A stretch of 64,000 bases of DNA from Candidatus Velthaea sp. (lineage in GTDB: Bacteria; Vulcanimicrobiota; Vulcanimicrobiia; Vulcanimicrobiales; Vulcanimicrobiaceae), in NCBI GenBank assembly GCA_965214935.1, contig CBDCCS010000016.1, positions 64,001 to 128,000 of the forward strand, in the 5' to 3' direction. This document shows, one piece after another, positions 1 to 8,985 of the stretch. A program made the translations under genes and the position numbers. The notes beneath the pieces are model-generated. The model was not told the DNA's origin, did no database searches, and was given only the letters and a program-made list of their open reading frames with translations. How positions within the stretch are numbered: the stretch's first letter is position 1; each line of letters starts with the position of its first letter.

Positions 1-2
1 GC

Positions 3-179
3 GGGATCGTGCTCGATGCCGATTCGCACGTCCGCCTCGTTCTCGAATCGCGTTCGAGCGATACGCAACTCGCGGCAACGGCCGGTCCGGACGCCGCGAC
101 GCTTCTCGCCGGTTTTCTTGCTTCCCTCGCCGACGAACTCATGGAGCGTTCGCGTTTCAATCGCGCGGTCGACTTATGA
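3..179 (+). CDS. 3' end of a hypothetical protein (truncated by window edge)
   Basis: Frame 3 is open from the window start (GIVLDADSHVRLVLE...RFNRAVDL) to TGA at 177-179, 7 nt before the next ATG. Confidence 0.55.
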   Translation, partial: GIVLDADSHVRLVLESRSSDTQLAATAGPDAATLLAGFLASLADELMERSRFNRAVDL

Positions 180-186
180 CTGAAGA

Positions 187-603
187 ATGGAATACATGCG
201 TTCTCTCATCAGCCTCATCATCGTGGCTTCCGCCGCGATGCAGACCGTTGCAGCAGCGGATACCGCTCTGCCCGGCTCGGCTCCGGTCTCAATCGACACG
301 TGCAGCGTTGCCCAACCCGGTACGCTCGGGAATCCGAAGTTCGGTTACCGTCCGGCTTATGTCGAAGGCGTGACCATCGTCTACACAAACGCGCGCGCCG
401 TTGCCGCAACCGAAGTGCGCTTTGCAATCGTTTACGCCGGCATAACCCGGACGGCCGTCGATCGCAGCACGCTCGCGGGCGGCAAGAAGCGAACGCGCGA
501 GTTCGACATCGGCAGCCCGATCTATACGAGCGATTCGGCCGCCTGCCGGATCGCCGGCGTAACGTTCGCCGACGGCACGTCGTACACGCCGCCGGCTCCA
601 TGA
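187..603 (+). CDS. Secreted hypothetical protein
   Basis: Signal-peptide-like N-terminus, two Cys, ends in VTFADGTSY. Confidence 0.7.
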   Translation: MEYMRSLISLIIVASAAMQTVAAADTALPGSAPVSIDTCSVAQPGTLGNPKFGYRPAYVEGVTIVYTNARAVAATEVRFAIVYAGITRTAVDRSTLAGGKKRTREFDIGSPIYTSDSAACRIAGVTFADGTSYTPPAP

Positions 604-620
604 CGCCGCCCGGCCCGGCG

Positions 621-1157
621 TTAGACCGGAGCGGCGATCTCGCGGGCGGCGAACTCCGTCTGCGGCGCGAGACCGCGCGCGAGCGTCTGGTAAACGACGC
701 AGTAGCGCTCGGTCAACTTTTTCAGCGTTGCGATCTGCTCGGGAGTTGCGTCCGTTTCCAGATCGAAGTTCAAGCGAATTTGCTTGAAGCCGACCGGTGC
801 ATCGCGGTCGACGCCGAGCGTGCCGCGAAAATCCAGCTCGCCTTCGGCACGCACGGTACCGCCGCGAACGGCGATATCGGTGGCGGTTGCCACCGCGCGC
901 AACGTCACACCGGCGCAGGCAACGAGCGCTTGCAGTAGCATATCGCCCGAACATGCCAGCAGACCGTCGCCGCCGGTCGCCGGATGCAAGCCCGCTTTAA
1001 CGAGTGCGGTACCGGTTCGAACGCTACAACTCAGACCCTGCGGGTCGTCGAGGCGGCCTTCGGCATGCAGGGTGATGGTTGCCGCGGCCGGGTCGCTGCG
1101 GTACCGGTCTTTAATCGGCGCTTGGACGGCACGCAATGCTTCGCTGTTCATTTCCAA
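621..1157 (-). CDS. OsmC/Ohr family protein
   Basis: CSGDMLLQALVACAGVT and ERYCVV conserved Cys motifs. Confidence 0.85.
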   Translation of the reverse strand: MEMNSEALRAVQAPIKDRYRSDPAAATITLHAEGRLDDPQGLSCSVRTGTALVKAGLHPATGGDGLLACSGDMLLQALVACAGVTLRAVATATDIAVRGGTVRAEGELDFRGTLGVDRDAPVGFKQIRLNFDLETDATPEQIATLKKLTERYCVVYQTLARGLAPQTEFAAREIAAPV

Positions 1158-1199
1158 ATCGCGATTCGCGGCCCGATACCGGCACCCTAGCGACTGCGC

Positions 1200-2174
<975 letters not shown>

Positions 2175-2303
2175 AACGGCTACGTACCCGAACGGTCAAC
2201 ACGTCCAACCTATCGCCGTTCCGCCGACGTTCGACGCTTCGGCCGCAGACGATCGGGTAAGCCGGCGCAGCAAATCGGTACGTCGATTGCGTAAGACGGA
2301 CGA

Positions 2304-3467
2304 ATGACGAGATCGTCGTTGAGCGTCGCGCAGGCGCGACGAATCGCGCTGGCCGCGCAGGGTTTCGGCCGAACGCGACCGGCCGCACCGGTTACCGCAC
2401 GCGGGTTGTTGCGCGAAGTCGAACGCCTGCACGTGCTGCAAATCGATTCGGTCAATGTCGTCGTGCGATCGCACTATTTGCCGTTGTTTTCGCGCTTAGG
2501 TGCGTACGACCGGCGCTCGCTCGAAGATTTGGTCTGGACCAAGAAGTCGCGCAAGCTCTTCGAGTATTGGGGGCACGAGGCGTCGTTCATTCCGCTTAGC
2601 TTGCATCCGTTGTTTCGCTGGCGCATGGCGCGCGCGCAACGCGGCGATGGAACGTGGGGCCGGATCGCGCAAATCGCCCGCGACAAGCCGGCCTTCGTCG
2701 CCTCGATTCTTGCCGAGGTGGAGCAACGCGGACCGCTCGCTAGCGGCGATATTGCGGAACATCGCAGCAGCGGCGGTGGCTGGTGGGGCTGGAGCGACGT
2801 CAAGACGGCACTCGAATATCTATTTTGGTCGGGCGCGCTGACGACATCGACGCGGCGTAATTTCGAGCGCCTCTACGATGTTCCCGAGCGCGTTATTCCG
2901 GCCGCCGTTCGGGCGTTGCCGACACCGCCGGAAGCCGAAGCCAAGCGGGCATTGCTGCGTCTCGCCGCGCGGGCTCTCGGCGTTGCGACACGTTCGGATT
3001 TGCGCGATTATTTTCGCTTAGAGGCCGATGCGAACATCCACATCGATGAGCTCAGCGAAAGCGGCGAACTCGCGATCGTGCCGGTCGACGGTTGGAAGCA
3101 GCCGGCCTACCTTGCGCCGCAAACCGTCATCCCGCGCGGTCTCAACGCGTGTGCGCTGCTGTCACCATTCGATTCCTTGGTTTGGGAACGCGCCCGCGAC
3201 CGGCGGCTGTTCGACTTCGATTACCGGCTCGAGATCTACACGCCGGCACACAAACGTATCCACGGCTATTACGTGTTACCGTTCCTACACGATAGTCGGC
3301 TTGCCGCGCGCGTCGACGTCAAGTCGAATCGCGCCACGAGCACGCTCGAGGTACCTGCCGTGCATTACGAAGATGCCTCGCCGAGTATCGGCTTGCGCGA
3401 CGATCTGCGGCGCGAACTCGCGGCACTGGCAAACTGGCTCGGACTCACGTATCTTAAGATGCGCTAA
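2304..3467 (+). CDS. ycaQ: YcaQ/AlkZ (HTH_42) family interstrand-crosslink DNA glycosylase
   Basis: LQIDSVNVVVRSHYLPLFSRLG (QxD), FEYWGHEAS, LLSPFDSLVW, YRLEIYTP motifs. Confidence 0.85.
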   Translation: MTRSSLSVAQARRIALAAQGFGRTRPAAPVTARGLLREVERLHVLQIDSVNVVVRSHYLPLFSRLGAYDRRSLEDLVWTKKSRKLFEYWGHEASFIPLSLHPLFRWRMARAQRGDGTWGRIAQIARDKPAFVASILAEVEQRGPLASGDIAEHRSSGGGWWGWSDVKTALEYLFWSGALTTSTRRNFERLYDVPERVIPAAVRALPTPPEAEAKRALLRLAARALGVATRSDLRDYFRLEADANIHIDELSESGELAIVPVDGWKQPAYLAPQTVIPRGLNACALLSPFDSLVWERARDRRLFDFDYRLEIYTPAHKRIHGYYVLPFLHDSRLAARVDVKSNRATSTLEVPAVHYEDASPSIGLRDDLRRELAALANWLGLTYLKMR

Positions 3468-3748
3468 CCGGCTGCCCCAGCGTGTCCGCAGTGGCTGACA
3501 GCATCTCGTTTTTCTTCGACTTTCGATTTCAGAAAAGCCAGGTGGTGTATTTTTGCGCCTGACGCATGGCCACGACAGAAAGGAGGCGGTCTACGGTGAA
3601 AATCAGCGGCGAATCGGCCTCGGCGCTGTTACGCTCGCGGCGCCGCGCCACCTAACGCTAACGGCACTATCAGTGGCTCACGCCCTGCACCCGTAACGTG
3701 GTGAATAACGTCGGCGGGCATGATTCTGAAAACTCGGCCATCCGAAGG

Positions 3749-4348
3749 TTAGTCCGTCGCCTTGATCGCGCCGTAGCGCAGCCCATTTATGAGGAGCTCG
3801 ACCATCTGTCGCGCATAGGCGGGATGCTCATCGTGCGATCCTCGGCATAGCGTAACGATAGCTTGTAGGAGTTGATCGGCGTCAATGTCCGCGCGCGCCA
3901 CGTTCCGAGTCACAGCGGCGTCAAGCAACGAGGCCAACGCCGGTTCGAGGCGTTGGTTGAAATATGCGGGCAGATCGCTGTATGCCGGATCTCCTGAGTA
4001 AATGGCAGCAGCTAGGCCACGCTTGGTCGCTACAAAGTCAACGAATCGCAACGCCCAACGCGCTAATGCCTCACCAGGCTCGTACTTTTCCGCAAAGGCA
4101 GCCGCATCGTCAGCGCACGCGTCTACTTCATTCTGAATAACGGCCACGATTAGATCGGAACGCTTCGGGAAGTGGCGGTAGACCGTTCCAAGGCCTACGC
4201 CGGCCTTCGCCGCGATCTCGCGTACCGGAGCGTCAACGCCGGACGTTGCAAACACCTGCATTGCTGTCCGGAGGAGGGAGCGCATTTTGCGCTGCGCATC
4301 CGCGCGCAGCGGCCGGGCGCGGCGATCCTGGTTATCCTTGGCGGGCAA
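3749..4348 (-). CDS. TetR/AcrR family transcriptional regulator
   Basis: LRADAQR...IAAKAGVGLGTVYRHFP HTH; divergent from an NmrA-like gene. Confidence 0.92.
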   Translation of the reverse strand: MPAKDNQDRRARPLRADAQRKMRSLLRTAMQVFATSGVDAPVREIAAKAGVGLGTVYRHFPKRSDLIVAVIQNEVDACADDAAAFAEKYEPGEALARWALRFVDFVATKRGLAAAIYSGDPAYSDLPAYFNQRLEPALASLLDAAVTRNVARADIDADQLLQAIVTLCRGSHDEHPAYARQMVELLINGLRYGAIKATD

Positions 4349-4382
4349 CGCTAAATCTCTCTTTCAAAGCAGGGATTGTAAT

Positions 4383-4421
4383 CGGAACATTGTTCCGCTA
4401 TAAAACTGGAACACGGTTCCG
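4383..4421. promoter_or_regulatory. Tandem TetR operator palindromes
   Basis: Perfect CGGAACA-T-TGTTCCG (4383-4397) and related GGAAC-ACG-GTTCC (4408-4420) between the divergent tetR and nmrA-like genes. Confidence 0.75.
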
Positions 4422-4487
4422 CTTCAGTGACAAATATCACACCTCTAGTCGGGCGGCAAAGGTTCCAGTGCGAATCAGGAGATCGGC

Positions 4488-5366
4488 ATGTATTTGGTAA
4501 TGGGCATCACCGGCAGGGTGGGTGCGGCGACCGCTCGGCATTTATTGTCACGCGGGAAACAGGTGCGCTCGCTCGTGCGCAGCCGTGAAAAAGCGACTTC
4601 ATGGGCCGCGCAGGGCGTCGAGCTATTTCAAGGCGATTGGAATGATGCCGATGCCATCGAGCAGGCCCTTCACGGTGTTGAAGGGGCCTATGTCATGTTG
4701 CCGGCCGTCTATACGCCGAGCCGCGACTTTAGGGAATCGAAAGGCGTGATCACCGCGTACAGCCGGGCGTTCGCAGAAGTACAGCCGCCGCGGATCGTCG
4801 CGCTTTCTGCGAACGGCGCGGATAAAAGCAGCGCTCTCGGCGCGATCACACCCTTGGCTTTGATGGAACAAGCATTTCGCGATCTTCCATTTCCAATCGC
4901 GTTTGTTCGCGCCGGCGGCTTTTACGAGAACTTCCTCTACGGCTTGCAGGCGGCTCAGGGCGGTACGCTGCCGGTATTCTACGAGCCCACGAGCCGGAAG
5001 TTGGCGATGGTCGCAACTCAAGACATCGCCGCGGAGACGGCAAAGCTTCTTACAGAACCACCGTGGACGGGAACGCGCGTGATTGAATTGGGCTCGATGG
5101 TGAGCCCGGATGAGATTGCGACGCAACTGGGTGCGGTGCTCGGACGTGAAGTTACGGCACAGGCAATACCACGCGCAGCGTGGGCGGAAGCGCTCGAGCA
5201 CATGGGCATCCCGACTGGGCAGACTTGGGCTTTCGAGGAAATGACAGAGAGCCTGACCTCCGGTTGGATCAGCTTCGGAGTTCCGGGCACAGAGCGTAAA
5301 GACGGCACAACATCCGCGCGTGAAGTGTTTGCCGCCGCGCAGCAGGTTCTGCGAGCGCAAAGTTAG
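4488..5366 (+). CDS. NmrA-family NAD(P)H-binding oxidoreductase
   Basis: N-terminal MGITGRVG Rossmann motif, VATQDIA, 292 aa. Confidence 0.88.
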   Translation: MYLVMGITGRVGAATARHLLSRGKQVRSLVRSREKATSWAAQGVELFQGDWNDADAIEQALHGVEGAYVMLPAVYTPSRDFRESKGVITAYSRAFAEVQPPRIVALSANGADKSSALGAITPLALMEQAFRDLPFPIAFVRAGGFYENFLYGLQAAQGGTLPVFYEPTSRKLAMVATQDIAAETAKLLTEPPWTGTRVIELGSMVSPDEIATQLGAVLGREVTAQAIPRAAWAEALEHMGIPTGQTWAFEEMTESLTSGWISFGVPGTERKDGTTSAREVFAAAQQVLRAQS

Positions 5367-5576
5367 TGGCCGCGCGCTACGTAAGGGCATGACACCGAAG
5401 CGGAGCATGTCCCGAAACCGACCCTTTTCGGGCGATTTTTACCTTGCGCTTGAACCTTTCGAAGAGTGCGCGAGGCGATCGGCAACGTAGCCAAGATCGC
5501 TTCCAAAGTCGCAGAGTCCGAGACGCAGCGATCGTTGCTAGGTCGATGCCCTCTTTGCTGGGAAGGAGCGCTGCCC

Positions 5577-6020
5577 ATGACCATGCCGCAAGCGATCCGG
5601 AGCGCCTTCGCGCGCTGGCTCACGTTCAGCGGCCGCGCCGGCGGCACCGAATACTGGTGGTTCGTGCTCTTTGGGACGCTCGTGTTCGGCCTCGCGATCC
5701 TCCTCGATCACGCGGCGTTTGGACGCGATGCGCTCGTTCGGGCCATCTGCACGCTCGTGTTCCTGATGCCGTACCTCGCCGTTGCGATCCGCCGCTTGCA
5801 CGACACCAACCGCAGTGGCTGGTGGCTGCTACTGGTCTTTGTTCCGCTGGTCGGCAACATCGTTTTATTGATATGGTTTTGCATGCCGAGCACGTCGGGG
5901 CCCAACCGGTTCGGCCCGCGGCTTCTGCTCGATGGCGCTGCAGATCGAACTCGTTCCGCAGACGAGTCGCGCCCGGCAAATGATGGCCTGAATTCGCAAA
6001 CGAGGGTGGTGGCGACCTAA
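5577..6020 (+). CDS. DUF805 membrane protein
   Basis: FSGRA..EYWWF, RRLHDTNRSGWW, GPNRFG; SD GGAAGGAG before ATG 5577. Confidence 0.9.
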   Translation: MTMPQAIRSAFARWLTFSGRAGGTEYWWFVLFGTLVFGLAILLDHAAFGRDALVRAICTLVFLMPYLAVAIRRLHDTNRSGWWLLLVFVPLVGNIVLLIWFCMPSTSGPNRFGPRLLLDGAADRTRSADESRPANDGLNSQTRVVAT

Positions 6021-6171
6021 ATTTTAAACGGCAGTTGATTCGCCTTGACATCAGTTCTAGAGAAATTTACGCCGGCACGCTAGTGTCGCGTAGTTTTCGT
6101 CCCGAAAACGGACCTCTTGCGGGACGGTGCCGGCGCCCTTGTTTCTGTGGCTAGCACCCGGCTTTCAGCGT

Positions 6172-7503
6172 TCAGCGCGACCGCAGCCACCAACCGAGAC
6201 CGACCGTCAGTACAACAGCGCCGGCGATGACCGTACCGGCGATGTTAACCGGCCGCGGCGCGTGCAGGCGGCGCCATCTTATCCTGTCGCGCAGCCAGTT
6301 ACCGCCGTGCACGACTAATTTGGGATGCCGGTCGCGATCGAGTCCGATCGTAACGTCGTTGCCGACCCGGCACAGCCGGTCGACGCGTTTGGGATCGCGC
6401 AGCTCGGCACCAAGCTCGACGATCGGCAGCACGACGTCGGCGCCTGACGTCCGTAAGCGTACGATCGATACAGAATCAAGCCGTTCGACGATCGTACCGC
6501 GGTAGGTCGCGCCCGGTTCTAGCGGTACGGCTCGATCTGCGACGATGAGCGTGATCTCATCACCGGCAGGTGACGGGTCCTTGGGAAAATGCCGCCGTCC
6601 GACGATTTGCTTGGGCGGAGGAGTATGTGTGCTCGGCAAATGATGGCGCCCGGCATCGTCGGGTGAGAATGCAATTCGTCCGTGCCGGTCGAGCTGTACC
6701 TCCTCTCCGTCGGGCAATCGAACGCGCGCATCCGGTTCGCCGCCGACTAAGACGTGCCGGACGCTGCCGTCAGCATTGTGAAAGCCGACATCGACGAGGC
6801 CCTTAGCCAACCGGCTGGGTGCGCCGATGTACGACCCGAAATTCGAGCGGTGCACGGGGTCCTCGACGCCGGGATACCCGAAATATTCCCAGCGCATTGC
6901 TTTCACGGGCTTCGGAATCTCGCGCGGATCGATGCCGCAACATAATAGCACGCCGACGGCATACGAGTTGGAGTCCCGGCCGATTCGCAAAAACGGTATC
7001 TCTACGGCTAGATAGCGCTGATCGCCGTCGTATGCGCGTTGCGTTGTGCGTACGAGTTCGGCGAAGAACTCCTCGCTTAATCCGTTGGGCGGCGGGATTA
7101 CGATCGGTTCGAAATCAACGATGCCGCGCTGGGCGAACGCATCCTCGGGATAATCGTACGGTACGAGCCCGCCGCTGCCGTCGGGATTCGCCGGCCCAGC
7201 TTCAATGATCGTCACCTGCGCGTTGTCGGCGCCGGTGATGGCAAGAAACAAATGACCGCCGAAATCTTGCTCCCACACCAAGCGTTTCGCCGGAACCGTC
7301 AAGCGCCCGAGTTTGAGTGCCGGGACAGTGATGTCGATTGAAAACCAGACCGCCGGGCGTCCGACGAGTGCAACGGTGTGCGGCGCGATTTGCCAGCGAT
7401 TGGCAACCTTGACGTCGTGACCGTCGTAAACCGGCGTCGCATTTTGCTGTGCCGATTCGATCGTCGACGTCGCAAATCTCGGAATCCGAAAACGAAACTT
7501 CAC
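6172..7503 (-). CDS. Hypothetical protein with C-terminal membrane anchor
   Basis: 443-aa ORF directly downstream of dacB; hydrophobic C-terminal helix. Confidence 0.75.
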   Translation of the reverse strand: MKFRFRIPRFATSTIESAQQNATPVYDGHDVKVANRWQIAPHTVALVGRPAVWFSIDITVPALKLGRLTVPAKRLVWEQDFGGHLFLAITGADNAQVTIIEAGPANPDGSGGLVPYDYPEDAFAQRGIVDFEPIVIPPPNGLSEEFFAELVRTTQRAYDGDQRYLAVEIPFLRIGRDSNSYAVGVLLCCGIDPREIPKPVKAMRWEYFGYPGVEDPVHRSNFGSYIGAPSRLAKGLVDVGFHNADGSVRHVLVGGEPDARVRLPDGEEVQLDRHGRIAFSPDDAGRHHLPSTHTPPPKQIVGRRHFPKDPSPAGDEITLIVADRAVPLEPGATYRGTIVERLDSVSIVRLRTSGADVVLPIVELGAELRDPKRVDRLCRVGNDVTIGLDRDRHPKLVVHGGNWLRDRIRWRRLHAPRPVNIAGTVIAGAVVLTVGLGWWLRSR

Positions 7504-7509
7504 TCCCGC

Positions 7510-8985
7510 TTATTCACTTGCGAGAACGTCCAGCGCGCGGTCGATGCCGGCATCGACGGGACCATCATCGGCGCGCGGATCGTTGACCATAAAGGCGAAC
7601 GCAACCCGGCCGTGTTGCTGCGTCTGCACGTAGCCGACAAGCGCATTGACATTCTCGATGTGTCCGCTCTTCGCGCGCGCACGCCCGAGTGCGTCCGAAA
7701 GCTGACGCCACCGAACGGTGCCCTCGATGCCGACGCGCGGCAAGGCGGCAATCAGCGTCGCGCCGATCGGCAAGGCCGCCGTTCGTGCTAAGAACGTCGC
7801 GATCGAGATCGGTGCAATGCGGTCGCTGGGTGCTAAACCGCTGCCGTCGACGATCCGTAAACCCGCCTGCGGCACGCCGTCGCGCGCGAGCAACGACCGT
7901 TCGACGGCGCCGCCGGATTGTTCGGTACCGGTGCCGCGTTCGGCACCAACCGTACGCAGCAGCTGTTCGGCAAAATGGTTGTTCGAGGTAAAGAGCATCT
8001 CGCGAACGATCGCGGCCAGCGGTTGCGAACGATGTTCCCATAACAGCCGGCCGCCCATCGGTGCGACGCCGACGCGGACGCCGTCGCGGATGCGAATGCC
8101 GCGCTGTTCGAGCAGTGCGCGTTCGACGCGACCGGCATAGACGGGCATGTCGGCTACCGGACGGTAGAACGATTGTTCGGCACCCGCGGCGATCCGGCCG
8201 CCGAACGTAAAGAGGTTTTGCGCCGGCGTTCGTTCGATCGATAAGCCGGTCGAATACGACGTTACGACCGAGCCCGCGACGTGTACGGCATCGCCGCGCG
8301 GCCGCACGTCGATGCGCGCCGGAGCGCCGGGCGTCGTCGGAACCAAATGAAATTCAACCGTACCGCCGTCGACCGATAACGCGCTCGTACCGGCGGCGTA
8401 ATCATATTGCAGATCGTCGGGATCCCAAGCCGGATTGACTTCAGGTCCCGCAAACGCACTGGCATCGGCGACGAGCGCGCCGTCGATCCGCCGCGTACCC
8501 GTGCGATACACCGCACTCGCGCCCGCCCGCAGATCGTCCGACGTTAAGGTCGGATCGCCGCTGCCGATCATCCACACATCGCCGCGCACCGCACCGTCGA
8601 TCGGCCCGTCGAGCGTACGCAACTGAGTGACGAAACGGAACTTCGGGCCAAACGTTTCGAGTGCGCTTATGGCTGCAAGGACTTTAAAGGTCGAAGCCGG
8701 CGTGTACGCCTGCCGTGCGCGGCGGCTGAAGAGCGGCCGCGCGTTCGCATCTACGATTGCTATGCCGCTTGTCGCCAGTGTCGGTTCGTCAAGCGCACGG
8801 GCGAGCCGCGTTTGCAAGCTGCGAACCGAAGCCGTACTCCAAGCCGGTGCTCGCGGTGCCGCGACGAGCGGAGCCGGTGCCGGCGACGTGACGGCGCCGG
8901 GCGGTGTTGCGGTTTTCACCACCGGCGCGCTGCAGGCCGTCACGACCGTCAACGCACCGGCCGCAATGATGGCGGGCAACCGCAC
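7510..8985 (-). CDS. dacB: D-Ala-D-Ala carboxypeptidase/endopeptidase (peptidase S13, PBP4), probable lipoprotein
   Basis: PASTFK (SxxK), SNN (SxN), DGSGL, AKSG; lipobox-like VTAC. Confidence 0.92.
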   Translation of the reverse strand: MRLPAIIAAGALTVVTACSAPVVKTATPPGAVTSPAPAPLVAAPRAPAWSTASVRSLQTRLARALDEPTLATSGIAIVDANARPLFSRRARQAYTPASTFKVLAAISALETFGPKFRFVTQLRTLDGPIDGAVRGDVWMIGSGDPTLTSDDLRAGASAVYRTGTRRIDGALVADASAFAGPEVNPAWDPDDLQYDYAAGTSALSVDGGTVEFHLVPTTPGAPARIDVRPRGDAVHVAGSVVTSYSTGLSIERTPAQNLFTFGGRIAAGAEQSFYRPVADMPVYAGRVERALLEQRGIRIRDGVRVGVAPMGGRLLWEHRSQPLAAIVREMLFTSNNHFAEQLLRTVGAERGTGTEQSGGAVERSLLARDGVPQAGLRIVDGSGLAPSDRIAPISIATFLARTAALPIGATLIAALPRVGIEGTVRWRQLSDALGRARAKSGHIENVNALVGYVQTQQHGRVAFAFMVNDPRADDGPVDAGIDRALDVLASE

